DNA of 60,330 nt, counting the filler, from Squatina squatina (lineage: Eukaryota): NCBI GenBank assembly GCA_031763465.1. It is 4 parts of 4 records of this genome, joined end to end, with 100 filler letters (N's around TTAATTAATTAA, not from the genome) between each part and the next. Parts side by side here need not be neighbours in the genome. Positions count along the whole stretch, not along the records: positions 13,995 to 31,521 come from JARFOE010000163.1; 3 more parts are not named here. One strand, given 5' to 3'. This document shows positions 14,071 to 26,345 of the stretch, in pieces. The translations under genes and the position numbers were made by a program. The notes under the pieces are model-generated. The model made no database searches. It had not been told where the DNA came from and saw only the letters and a program-made list of their open reading frames with translations. Each line of letters opens with the position of its first letter. Positions within the stretch are counted from its first letter, which is position 1.

Positions 14071-14415
14071 GTAAATTGCTTTTGAAGTGTAGTCACCATT
14101 GTTACACTGACAAGTGTGGGAGCTGGTTTACACACAAGATCCCTCAAACAGCAATGAGGTAAAGGACCAGTTAATATGTATTGGTGATGTTAAATGACAG
14201 GTAAATGTTGGCCAGGACACTGGAAGAACTCCCTTCTCTTTGGAAAAAGTGCCATGGGATCTTTTATATCCACCTGAACAAGTCGTCAGGGACTTGGTTT
14301 AACATCTCAACCGAAATAGTCTGATGTTTTAGCACTCAGTACTCCACTGAAGTGTCACTTTAGGTTTTGTGATTAAATTCAATGTAGGGCTTGAACACAC
14401 AACCTTCAGGCTCAT
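14071..14415 (-). mobile_element. Deu-domain SINE (SacSINE1-like), degenerate
   Basis: Shares ggccaggacac...aactccc...gccatgggatctttt...cagtactccactga with the copy at 22258. Confidence 0.65.
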
Positions 14416-14654
14416 AGTTCTGGACAGGACAGCATACGGGAAAGCGGTAACACAAGTGGTTGAAATAATGATGAACCACTTTTACTTTGCTCTTGTGGTT
14501 TAAACTTTGTAGCATCTATCTGCTCATTGATGTGTTATACCCTTATAACAGACTCTGGACTAATTATATAAAGGGAAAGAAAGCAAGGGAGTGAATCAAC
14601 AAATGTGAACCATTTGATAAATATTCCAAATGCCGTTATTCAATTTTTGGAAAA

Positions 14655-14828
14655 TACACTGGGACCCCACTATAGCACGGCCCGCTATAGTGGGGAACTC
14701 TGTTTAACGCGGATCCGTCTTGGACCCCATTTAAACCAGCGCTTTAAAAGGACCCCGCTATAATGCGGTTTTGGCTATTAACATGGTCCCATGATATGGA
14801 CCCCGTGTTCTAGCGGGATCCCAATGTA
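14655..14828. mobile_element. Tc1/mariner (pogo/Tigger-like) MITE
   Basis: TA at both ends; 26-bp TIRs tacactgggaccccactatagcacgg vs reverse complement tacattgggatcccgctagaacacgg; perfect 12-bp stem at 14665-14695. Confidence 0.7.
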
Positions 14829-15802
14829 CATAACTTTTAAAATTTTTAATGGTGCACAGTGCTGATGTTTTTGCTGATGTTTTTACTGATGTGTTTTACA
14901 GGGAGAGCTTCAGATTGACTTTGTTAGCTAACCGTAGCAGAGGGAGTAGTTGAGCTGCTGTGTGGCCGCAGCATCCCAGGATAGAGAAGGAAAAATTGGC
15001 CAATGTTCCAGCTCCCGATTGCTATGTAGNNNNNNNNNNNNNNNNNNNNNNNNNNNNNNNNNNNNNNNNNNNNNNNNNNNNNNNNNNNNNNNNNNNNNNN
15101 NNNNNNNNNNNNNNNNNNNNNNNNNNNNNTCAACATGAGCTTTTTTAACTAACTGAGCTTTGGTGAATTTCTTGGCTTTATTTTAAACTGAAAGGTATTT
15201 TAAAACTAAGTTCTGCCAGCCCTGACTGTCTTGGTCTCTTAATCCCGTAAAAATTCTACCAGATAATTCCAGGTGTGAATGGCGAGCATACAAATTACCC
15301 AGGTTCCATTATATTTGCCTTTTTCTCTAAAGGGGATGCTCTTTTTATTACATTGATCCTTAAGGAGGTATCAACAATGAATTGTAGCCTGTCCTCACTT
15401 TGTAGCAGTACATCAGCAAAAGTTTAATGTTTGTGAATGGTAAATAATTATGGAGGAATCTTTCTGCAACACTGACATCCTTCAACTTGATGAGTGAGGG
15501 AAAAAAGTCCATAAAAATAAATTACCTCGGTGTCTGGATAAAGACAAACTGTGGCAAAGTCTAATTCTGATCCAAGAATGAAATGTTCCCCAATTATTGC
15601 CTTCTTCATTGCTTAATGGTCCAAGATTGTCAGCATAGTACATGTCCGTCAGCCTTCACATGCCGAACAACTCCGAATTTTCATGCACTAGATATTTTTA
15701 CCCCTTGACCACTGATTGCAGCATACACCAGGTAAAAGAAAGCATCGGGTCTCCTAGTGCATGGCTCATCTATATGATCTGATGTTAACCAAGGAAAACT
15801 TC

Positions 15803-16432
15803 ACAACAGCAACAACAACAACTTGTATTTATATAAGCGCCATTAACATAGTAAAACATCCCAAGCCGCTTCACAGGAGTATTACAAGACAAAAAATTTG
15901 ACACCGAACCACATGAGGAGAAATTAGGGCAGATGACCAAAAGCTTGGTCAAAGAGGTAGGTTTAAGGAGTGTCTTAAAGGAGGAAAGAGAAGTAGGGAG
16001 GCGGAAAGGTATAGGCAGGGAATTCCAGAGCTTAGTTTCTTGGCAGCTGAAGGTATGCCCACCAATGGTCGAGTGATTAAAATTGGGGATGCTCAAGAGG
16101 GCAGAATTGGAGGAGTGCAGAGATCTTGGAGAACTGTAGAGGATGGAGGAGATTAGATGGGGCAAGGTCATGGAGGAATTTGAAAAAAAGTTTTTAAAAT
16201 CGAGGCATTGCTTAACCGGGAGCCAAATTAGATCACTGAGTACAGGGTGATGGACGAAAAGGACTTGGTGTGAGTTAGGATCTGGGGCAGCAGAGTTTTG
16301 AATAAGCTCAAGTTAATGGAGGATGGAAGATGGGAGGCTGGCCAGGAGAGCATTGGAATAGTCAAGTCTAGAGGTAACAAAGGCATGGATGAGTGTTTCA
16401 GCAGTGGATGAGCTGAGGCAAGGGGCGGAGAC
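15803..16432 (-). mobile_element. L2-clade LINE 3' end
   Basis: Translation ...GGHTFSCQETKLWNSLPIPFRLPTSLSSFKTLLK is typical of the L2 ORF2 C-terminus; short-repeat (tgt)n tail. Confidence 0.8.
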
Positions 16433-16921
16433 AAATCTTTGGTTATAACACTTGCAGTCATGTAGAAAATATTCCCAATTGTCTGCGTGTTTAATCTCAT
16501 CACAAACTGTAATTGATCCGGTAGCAGATTTCAGACAGAGGTATCAGCACGATTTGAGGGTGGGAATCTCCCTTTGTTTGTGGAGGAATAGAGGAGTAAT
16601 GCATTCCATCTCCTAATCCCTTTTATCTGAACTATATCACCATCCACTTTGCTTTCAATCGAACCGCTGGCTGGTTAACTGTGTGGTGGTACAAAGAACG
16701 CGTTCTAATTATACACTTTAAAAATTCCCGATTCTGATCGTCTCATCAAATTACAGGACAGCCAGTCTGGTGCGTTTAGCAGGATCTGGATAGCGTACTC
16801 CAACGGCTGCCCTTTCAGCTTTGGGATTTGGATTTTTTTTTGAACCTTTGCTTGGGAACGAGGGTTAAAATATTGCAGCGTTTTCTTTTTATTTCCCTCT
16901 CTCTCCCAGCCCCGGAGTGAG

Positions 16922-16935
16922 GTTGCCATGGTAAT
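16922..16935. promoter_or_regulatory. RFX X-box motif
   Basis: GTTGCCATGGTAAT, 13 of 14 match to GTTRCCATGGYAAC, in a mildly CpG-enriched unique region. Confidence 0.45.
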
Positions 16936-18224
16936 ACAGTATCTGTTTAACCGTGGGACTACGGGGTTCATCTACATATTCCTGTGCTGAATGAACTGAA
17001 AACNNNNNNNNNNNNNNNNNNNNNNNNNNNNNNNNNNNNNNNNNNNNNNNNNNNNNNNNNNNNNNNNNNNNNNNNNNNNNNNNNNNNNNNNNNNNNNNNN
17101 NNNATCCTGCTGCTCAATGCCCATTCTATTTAAATCTTGTCCAGCTAGATGAAAGTACCGAAGGTGGTATGTTATTTTTTTCTTTGCTGCCTGTTCAGAA
17201 TTAACTTGTGATCTATTGAGGTATTGTGTTTCTGGCTGTTAAAGTTCCACATTGTGACTGCTGCTGATCATGCAGCCAATTTTAAGCGAAGTTGAGAACC
17301 AAAACTTCCAGCCCCGATTATCATTTTATACGATGTATGGCACATCAAAGCAAAGTTTGATGATGTAAGATTTAAAAAAATTGAGGCAGATCACTCTGCT
17401 CCGAGTAGAATATAATGAAAGCTGCATATTTGATCTTTAAAAATGTCTAGATTTTTTCATAAGCTATTTAATTGGCATAACTTTTTTTCAGGATATGTGA
17501 AAATTGGCTTGGTAGACTTGGAGTATAATCTTAAAGCTAGATTATTTAGGAGTGAAATCAGGAAGAAATCTTTCCCACAAGGTAGTGATTTTTAATTGCA
17601 GTTCAGTGCCCAAGAATAAAACTTTTGGTGTTGCATGAAATAACATTGGATGCTGACTGCTGTTAAAATCTGTGCTGCAGTTTACTGAGACTACTGTGGG
17701 GAAATTAAAATACAAAGTGAGCACAAATCTCCATATTGGTGTGTAATTTTTATGCTACATAGTCTTGAAACAGTAAACATTTTGAAGGTGCTCCCGCACT
17801 TATCTCAACAGGTCTGTGTACATTGGCTGGTACTGCTTTGTGGAAGAGTGAAGAAATTTTAAACCTGTTTTTTAAACTAATGCTGTGAAAGGGCTCTTCT
17901 GTTGCCCTGTTTTTTTTCTGCATTTCAAAATATATTGTCAGAAGCTTTCTTTAAACATAACTCAATCGCGCAGGAGCATTTGAAGCAATTTCCTATAGCC
18001 TGTTTATTCCACCGCAGATAAAAGGAATTGCTTTATATAAAGACTGTAATTTTCTGCTTCCATCTGCTTTTCTGGTTGTTAAGGGCTTTACTTCTTTTTC
18101 TGTTGTGGGTGCTTTTAAGAATCTTGAGGTGGAATTTTGAAGTTTGGAAATCAGAATGTTTTAGGGAATTGAGGTCTCTGGCAAGGAGAGCACCCGGAGC
18201 AGGGAGTTCAGCCAGGGTTGCAGG

Positions 18225-18686
18225 TAGGGTTGCCAACTCTGGTTGCACATATTCCTGGAGGTGCCACCTCTTGACTCCAACCACCCCGACCCGCACCCAC
18301 GCTCCAGCCATTGGCCACCTGCCCGTGTCCACCCTCGTGCCACCCCGCCTTCCCACAGCCAATCGGAAGGTGAACTGGCCCTTCATCACCCGATTGGATG
18401 AAAGTCTTTGCTGTCAGTAGGGTTGCCAACACCGGCTGGTGGTATTCCTGGAGGTTTCACCATGTGACCTCCTGCCTCCAACCCCCTTGCCCAGTCAAAC
18501 AGCCTTTTTCCCCCATTTCAGATATCTGTGTAATAACCAAAGTGTTCAAAGAATGTTTCTTTTGAAACATAATTTTCTTCAATGTCCTTATGATTTTTCT
18601 CCCAGGCGTTGCTTCCAGAAGTGTCCAAGAGATTAATCTTTAATTCCTGGAGACTCCAGGGCAATCCTGGAGAGTTAGCAACCCTA
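18225..18686. mobile_element. hAT-type non-autonomous element with duplicated left end
   Basis: tagggttgccaac at 18225 and 18418; inverted gttagcaacccta ending 18686; flanks gttgcagg / gtttcggg (6 of 8). Confidence 0.55.
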
Positions 18687-18807
18687 GTTTCGGGTCCAAA
18701 CAGTGATGTGCCCTGGAAAGTGGTGTGTGTTGTTGGGGCGGTGGAGTTGGACCTGGACAAGATTGGGATCGGTCGTGGGTTGACCCCGATGGATAAATAC
18801 CCTTTAG

Positions 18808-19099
18808 ACACTCTATATCTAATCCATGCTGTACCTGCCCTGGAAGTGTTTGATGGGACAATGTAGAGAGAGCTTTACTCTGTATCTAACCCATGCTGTA
18901 CCTGCCCTGGGAATGTTTGATGGGGCAGTGTAGAGAGAGCTTTACTCTGTATCTAACCCGTGCTGTACCTGCCCTGGGAGTGTTCGACGGGACAGTGTAG
19001 AGGGAGCTTTACTTTGTATCTAACCCGTGCTGTACCTGCCCTGGGAGTGTTTGACGGGACAGTGTAGAGGAAGCTTTACTCTGTATCTAACCCGTGCTG
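18808..19099. repeat. 67-bp tandem repeat, over 4 copies, running into a gap
   Basis: t(g/a)tatctaa recurs at 18814, 18881, 18948, 19015, 19082 (period 67). Confidence 0.95.
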
Positions 19100-19368
19100 N
19101 NNNNNNNNNNNNNNNNNNNNNNNNNNNNNNNNNNNNNNNNNNNNNNNNNNNNNNNNNNNNNNNNNNNNNNNNNNNNNNNNNNNNNNNNNNNNNNNNNNNN
19201 NNNNNNNNNNNNNNNNNNNNNNNNNNNNNNNNNNNNNNNNNNNNNNNNNNNNNNNNNNNNNNNNNNNNNNNNNNNNNNNNNNNNNNNNNNNNNNNNNNNN
19301 NNNNNNNNNNNNNNNNNNNNNNNNNNNNNNNNNNNNNNNNNNNNNNNNNNNNNNNNNNNNNNNNNNNN

Positions 19369-19726
19369 GAGCTCGGTGATGACGTCTTTCTGGAATCTCA
19401 ATCCCCTTATTCACTGCTCATCATTCATGTCCAGATAGATGTAGTACTGCCGGAAGACTTGGTTAGCATACCTCCTCCTATTTCCACGCTGTCGACACCA
19501 GCTAGAGAGACCCTCATTCCACCTTGGCTGCTGATGCTGGTCTGCATTTGCCGCATGAGCCAGATCTTCTCCTGTGTCACCGTGCCCATCATCTTGGCCA
19601 TCTTCTTGGTCATCCCTCACCTCATTGGGGAGAGCTCTCATCTCCATCTGCCGTAATAGAGGCCTACGCCTCTGTGGCTGGAGCTTCCTTTGATAATGCT
19701 GCCTCTCCAGATGGTACAGCACCCAT
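19369..19726 (-). pseudogene. Degenerate PIF/Harbinger (HARBI1-like) transposase N-terminus
   Basis: RRRYANQVFRQYYIYLDMNDEQ*IRGLRFQKDVITEL resembles the recalled HARBI1-like motif YLDLSDEQCLRRLRFRKEVVTEL; in-frame stop and frameshift relative to the ATG at 19726. Confidence 0.7.
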
Positions 19727-21478
19727 TTCTAATGGTCGGAACGGATAATTTAGATGAATGTTTCGATTGCAGGAACTTGGCTGCTTTCAGCACTGTTGCA
19801 TATGCAGAAGCCAGCGGCAGCAATCGTATTGGGAAAAATGTGCAAGTGAAATCAATGACCACTTTAAAGTCCCTTCCAAACCTAATCCTTCCTTCACCAC
19901 CCCAAATGGTTTGAAGTTAGCAAAGAAATTGGAGGTCCCAGCTGCAACTTTCAGGAGCTTAACACACATGAGCAATTTCCTACTAAATGAAACCAATCTT
20001 TCTTTCCCTCTCTCTAATTCTCTTTCTGTACCTGATTGGACATTGAATTCACCCTCCTTCTCAGTCGTTACACTGTTTATTTCCCAATCCTTAAATTTCA
20101 TTGGCTGAGGAGATATCTGTTGCTTGCCCGGTTCATTCAGGTCCCAGATTGTCCTGTTTCCCTCGTTGCACCGTTAGCAGCTCGCACTTTCAACAAATTA
20201 GTGTATAAAATTGTTTTGAGCTGAAAAGTGCAGGAGACAGTCTAACTAACGGCAAATGGCATTAGATGCCCTGCTACGGCAAAATCTGGTGCAATGGGCC
20301 GGAACTTGCTGGATCGGGGTATCTCGTAGCGTGCGTCGTTACTTAGATTTCTTCCTGCATCCTTCAGCTCAAAAATGTTTGCACCGTCACTTGCTGGAAG
20401 TGTGAGCTGATAACACGGTGAATAGGACATTTGGGACCGCGGTGAACGATGGTCAATCTCCTTAACCAATGAGATTTAAGGATTGAGAAAGACACAGGAA
20501 TGACAGAGGAGGAAATAGGGTGAATTAGAGTCAAAACAGATATAGAAACAGAAAGAGAATTGAAGAGAGGGAAAGAAAATGAGACAGAAAAAAGAGGCAG
20601 AAAGGAAAAGTAAGAGAGCGCGGAATTGGTCCTTTAGCGCAGGTGCAGAATGAGTGCTAAATGGGCACGAGGGGTGTAACGCCCGTTTCGGGCGCTAAGG
20701 GGCTCCGATGCAGAATTCACATCGGAGCAGTGCTGGCGCAAAACGTTCGTGGAGCGCTACAAACTTGGCATTGGGCATTGGATGGCCTCCANNNNNNNNN
20801 NNNNNNNNNNNNNNNNNNNNNNNNNNNNNNNNNNNNNNNNNNNNNNNNNNNNNNNNNNNNNNNNNNNNNNNNNNNNNNNNNNNNNNNNNNNCATCACTTG
20901 TAACTTAAGCTTTCTGATTGGCTGAGCAGTGTGTGCTGTCATTAGGTGGTTTGCTACTTACTGACCTGTGTCAATAGATTCTGCATATTGCTACTTTCCA
21001 GTGGCCAACCTCTATATCAGGGTTTGCTCACCAACATTTCGACCAAGGCCTCGACCAACCATTGTCTTGCTTTGATGGCCACACTCATGTTTGAACCCCA
21101 AGGCAATGGGATTGTGCCTGCGATTTCCCCGCACAGTGAAGTGATCTCAATCCTCCTGGTGTTTCCCCTTCAGGAAAGAGGGCACTATTATATGGTCAAT
21201 AGTTCTATTGGTTTTAATAATACTAGCTTCTAAAAGCATTCCTTTGCCTCCTTTTGCTGGAAAGTAAGATAGCGAGAGAGAATGACATTAAATCGTGGCT
21301 CTGTCAAGGGCCCACGAACCAGACAGGTCAGGAGTGAAGTCTGGAGGACCCAGTCAGTCAGATGAAGCAGAGGTGGACTCCAAGTGCCTCCTGAGCTGTA
21401 TTATGAGAATTTCCCTTATATTATGTTAAGTAATGGTCGCTGCAGTGACAGAAAACTTTGCTTCATGTGTTCACACAG

Positions 21479-21772
21479 GCACCGTATTTCATGAGACAAC
21501 CACTCCGAAATTGAACCTGACTGAGGCTATGCATCAATGCCAGATGCGGGGAGCAGAATTAGCAACCGCTGGCCAGCTCTACATGGCCTGGAGTCAAGGC
21601 TTCGACCAGTGCGACGCTGGCTGGCTTGCCGATGGGAGTGTGCGGTATCCCATCAACACTCCCAGAAGGAATTGCGGTGGAGATATGGCAGGCGTGAGGA
21701 TGATTTACCAGCTCCCAAACAGGACGGGCTTCCCTGACCCTGGTTCAAAGTATGATGCTTACTGTTATAGAG
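21479..21772 (+). CDS. NCAN: Neurocan, second Link (hyaluronan-binding) module exon
   Basis: 294-nt phase-1 exon, AG/GT bounded; CDAGWLADGSVRYPINTPRRNCGG...NRTGFPDP...YDAYCYR; NCAN preferred among lecticans from sequence and neighbouring genes. Confidence 0.88.
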
Positions 21773-22257
21773 GTAAGACCTTAGTTTCATAGCGAGTGGA
21801 GGAAGGAATGAACATCAGCACCATTATAGAAATGGTAAGAGATTAAGGATGGGCATGGTTAGTCAGAATGTTGTCATTTCATCTCAGGGGCCGTGGCTTC
21901 AGGCCAGCTGACACTGTCTCCAAGGTCTCCAGGGTCTCTTCTCACTTGCGGCTCTAGGATTCCTGTGTGGTCAGAATTTGGGAAAGATCTAGCATGTCGA
22001 GGCACCGCTCAGTGTCGGTCTAAATCATACAGACCAAAAGGTCCAAAGTTAGATACCTGATCCGCGTGGAGTTAAATGAACTCAAATAGAGTAGCAATTA
22101 GGACACTTCAACTGATCCCAGAGTTTCTAGGTTTGGGGAGAGGGGATAGCAGGCGGGCGTTGTGGGAAATCATTCATTATTCTTGCTTTTGACTGGTACC
22201 CCTTGATTTGCGACACCATGGAACGACAAGATCAGGCTTGGCTGAAGAAAGCATCAC

Positions 22258-22635
22258 TGTAGCACCTTTCATGACCTCAGGACATCCCAAAGTGCTACAC
22301 AGTCAATTAAGTATTTTGTAAAGTGCAGTCACTGTTGTAAAGTAGGAAACACAGCAGCCATTTTGCGCACAGCAAGGTCCCACAAACAGCAATGTGATAA
22401 TGACCAGATAATTTGTTTATTTTGTGATTTTGGTTGAGGGATAAATATTGGCCAGGACACCAAGGAGAACTCCCCTGCTCTCCTTTGAAATAGCACCATG
22501 GGATCTTTTACGTCTCATCCAAAAGGCGGCACCTCTGACAGTACTGCACTCCCTCAGTACTGCACTGAGGTGTCAGTCAGGCTTACGTGCTCAAGCCTCT
22601 TGAGTGGGACTCAACACCACAACCTTCTGACTCAC
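22258..22635 (-). mobile_element. Deu-domain SINE (SacSINE1-like), near complete
   Basis: tRNA-like head (gtgggactcaacaccacaaccttctgactca), central block actccctcagtactgcactg and gccatgggatctttta-like core, L2-like tail; several copies in the window. Confidence 0.75.
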
Positions 22636-23720
22636 TTAAGACCCTCTTACCCAGCAGGGATTGGAGCCTTTCAACTGGGTTTTAGTTACTCACTGTGAAA
22701 AGACAGTGCGTTAACTTCCTTCTCTGGGTTCACTATTTAATAATGGAAACATTAACAAAACGTTATATCAAAGGTGGCGGAATATCCAAGAGCCTTATTA
22801 TCGGAATCAATTGTGAATTGGTGTTAGCTTGTTTGAGGAGGAGATTGAGGTGCTTGAAAGCAAGAAAGATCTTCAATAACATCAAATGATCTTAGCGTTG
22901 CCACAAGCTAAATTGTAGTAATCTTACCCCCTGTACTGTAGACTGAATTTTACAAGTGGCTGACTGATGTACTGACAAGTCTTTGAGTACTGGTGCAGCA
23001 TTCAAATCCATAACCATGTTTCTGGAGATTTATATCAAAGGACTCAATATTCTAACAGCTGGAAGTGCTCCCCTGTGCTGAAAGGAACTAAGGCAATTCA
23101 TTTTGAAAATTGCTGACATTGATTGCTTTTTGAACCAATTTGGTGCAAGAATTTGTCCATTTAAAAAAAGCCTCAGATGCATCCTTCTTTTCACATTCAT
23201 GCCTGAAATCTTGCAAAGGTCTGATATGCGTCACCCAGGCAGTGTTCAGGGAGAATTTGACTCCAGCCAGTTACCTAGTGTAGAATGCCACAGGAAAACT
23301 GGTACATGACTCCACCAGGCGCAAAGAAGACCCATCTTAAAAGGTTTTAACATTTCTTTTAAACAAGAGAGACAAAGAAAATGCTTGCTTAGATTTTCTA
23401 ATTTGTAAATCCTGTAATTATCATTTGTCCTTTACTTTTATTTTAAGGTCTCACAATATGTCTTATAAGCAGCAGAAATTAAGGGTCCAATCAAATTTAT
23501 TGTGAAGAGCATGTTTGAAAGAAGGAAAGACTTGCATTTATATAGCGCCTTTCACAACCTCAGAACACCCAAAATGCTTTACACTTTTTGAAATTTACTG
23601 TTGAAATGTAATTTTGGTTCNNNNNNNNNNNNNNNNNNNNNNNNNNNNNNNNNNNNNNNNNNNNNNNNNNNNNNNNNNNNNNNNNNNNNNNNNNNNNNNN
23701 NNNNNNNNNNNNNNNNNNNN

Positions 23721-24594
23721 TTGGAGCAACCTCTCGCCACAGGTGCGCCTGGTTCAGAACGGCAGGATCTAAGCAGAAATAACTCTTCATTTACCGCTGA
23801 CCGAGAGGAACACAACTTAAGGCCCAATGGTAGCAATTTCCCTCTGGTCGACAGGAGAAACTCCTCTGATAATCTGGGAGTTCTGCTAACGGAACTGAAC
23901 AGTTATGAAGCAAGTGGACTGGGCTACAATGGTGACCATCTTGATAATTCAACCTTTGACAGAGATGGGAACCCAACCATGACATCTGAGGAACTGAAGG
24001 AAAAAGGAGCTCACCACCCCAATGACCTAGTTCAAGCAAGACCAACTCTCTGGGCACCTGAAATTGTAACCGACAGAGTAATTCCAAAAGAAAAAGCCAT
24101 TGAAACACAAGACCTGCCATCTCAAAGAGAAAGGGACCCAACAGAAGAACCAGCATCCATCACTCTCAACAGCATCTCACCTGGCATTTCAACCCCGAGG
24201 GCTTCCATTGACCTCGATGGACCAAACACCCAAGGCGTTACTATGAGTTCCCCGGCAAAAGAGATAAAATCAGACATTGTTGTTATTGGTGAATCCAATG
24301 AGTTACCTCAGTTGGGTTTGGAGCCTGTGGTTGGCAATGAGCTGGACACTGACTGGGAGTTCTTGGGGAAACAATTTTTGAAAAGCACTGCTACCGAAGC
24401 AATGACTATAGACCTTCCCAGCCAACAACTCAATAATCTACCTGTGATTGAGCCTGAAAGAATTGAAAGCGCTATCAAAGGTACAGCAGGGGTTACAGAT
24501 CGAAGCCCAACGAGTGCATCGACAGAGTCATTGTACGTGCCAACTACTTCTCACACTGTGACCGAAACAAAGACATGGCCAGAAGTTGCCTCAG
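23721..24594 (+). CDS. NCAN: Probable neurocan central (GAG-attachment) exon, 5' end lost in gap
   Basis: About 290 open codons, Ser/Thr/Glu/Pro rich, ends TCAG|GTAAGC in phase 1; lies between the Link and Sushi exons. Confidence 0.7.
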
Positions 24595-24867
24595 GTAAGC
24601 ATATCCTTTCTTTCCTTGNNNNNNNNNNNNNNNNNNNNNNNNNNNNNNNNNNNNNNNNNNNNNNNNNNNNNNNNNNNNNNNNNNNNNNNNNNNNNNNNNN
24701 NNNNNNNNNNNNNNNNNNCTGAGGAGATCACGATTTCAGGGCCATTGGATGATAATTCATATCAAATATTAACACACATTCAGTTTTTGAATTTGTGAAG
24801 TTACATTGTAAAAAGAAAGATCACAATAGCTGGCTTGAGCTGATTAACTCTTTTCCTTCTCTGTTAG

Positions 24868-25050
24868 TGCTCTGTGGTCCTCCCCCGGCTATGGAACATG
24901 CCATGATAATTGGCAGAAAGAAGGCTCGATACGAGATCCACTCGCTGGTCAGATACCAGTGTGAAGACGGTTTCATCCAACGCCACATCCCCACCATCAA
25001 GTGCCACACCAACGGGAAGTGGGACAAGCCTAAAATACTCTGCCTAAACC
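24868..25050 (+). CDS. NCAN: Neurocan Sushi/CCP exon
   Basis: 183-nt phase-1 exon; [12 protein letters not shown]...[32 protein letters not shown] matches the recalled NCAN G3 CCP module. Confidence 0.9.
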
Positions 25051-25949
25051 GTGAGTGTTGAACAACTGCTGACGTTTACTGGGTGAACCTTCCCGTGAGA
25101 TGCTCGGGTAGTCGGAGATTACACTGATGCACGCGGCTTGCGGGGGGGAACGAACAGGAACGGCCACTTCACAAGAATTTAGAAGGAAGTTTTTGAGAGA
25201 GTCCCGCTGAGAATCAGGGAAGTTAAGCGTTCCTCGGGAAACAGGAGACAGAAATAATTTGGCTGGCAAATTCAGCAGGGCTTCCTCCCAATNNNNNNNN
25301 NNNNNNNNNNNNNNNNNNNNNNNNNNNNNNNNNNNNNNNNNNNNNNNNNNNNNNNNNNNNNNNNNNNNNNNNNNNNNNNNNNNNNNNNNNNNACGAGATA
25401 AATCATCTGTTTTTAGTGACAGCGGTTGAGGAATAAATACTGGCCAGGACACCGGGTAGAACGCTTCGAGAATGAGATGGAAAACTCTCCTCATATGGAC
25501 CGACTGTAATTGATTTTCCGAAAACCAAACTTGTGTTCGACAAAGAGGCCTCAAAGTGTTCTAAATTGCCTCTCCAATTCTGGAGGGTGTCACTAATAGT
25601 TTATACCCAACATCGTACATGTATATAGCTGGTGTAATGTTGCTCATTAAATATTAATGACATGCAGAGCGAGCACTGCATCTCATTAGAGCTGCTGCAG
25701 CACCCCTGGTGTTCTGAGGGTCGCAAATGTATGCGCATGAATTTGCATCTCTTAACCAAATGCTCTGTTGAGGATTCTTTCTAGCCAGTCAGCTGCTGGT
25801 ATTCAAATGAGCTGTAATAGGAGACTCTTTAAGGAAAATAGAGAATTAGCTTTCACCGCACAAGCCAGTAACCTGTTCCACAAGTTCACTATTTTCTGGG
25901 AAAAGAAGAACCACCTAATGTCCAATTTAGTTCCAACCTTACATAACTT

Positions 25950-26345
25950 GTAAGCATGACCCTGGCCCTCCCTATCGTATTCAGTTGAAATAATTTGTTC
26001 ACCTGAACATAATCTGGTCCATTCATTGTTTTATAAACTTCGATCAAATCGCCTCTGACCTTGCACTTCACTAAAGTATACTGACCTAGCTCTGGGTAGC
26101 TAAGGTATTTTAAACCAGGAATCAATCTAATGATCCTCCAAAGCCTTAATATCCTTCGCCATGTGATTCCTAACCAAGGTCCTGTACGTGGATGAAATTC
26201 TATGTTTTGTTTCGTAATGATTTGTTCTGTGAATTAAACCTAGAACCCTAGCAGCTTTAGAGACTGATGCACTCTAACACCCAGATCTTTTCTTTCACCA
26301 CTGGCTTCAATTCTGTTCCCTATACAGGGTACGTATATTTAGCAT
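25950..26345 (-). mobile_element. Degenerate CR1-type LINE ORF2 fragment
   Basis: LSYPELGQYTL...VRGDLIEVYKTMNG, a typical CR1 C-terminal motif. Confidence 0.65.

Noticed and set aside
18808-19099. CRISPR-like periodicity in the 67-bp array (also the 29-bp array at 27488)
   Set aside because: Whole units repeat with no unique spacers; no cas genes; vertebrate context
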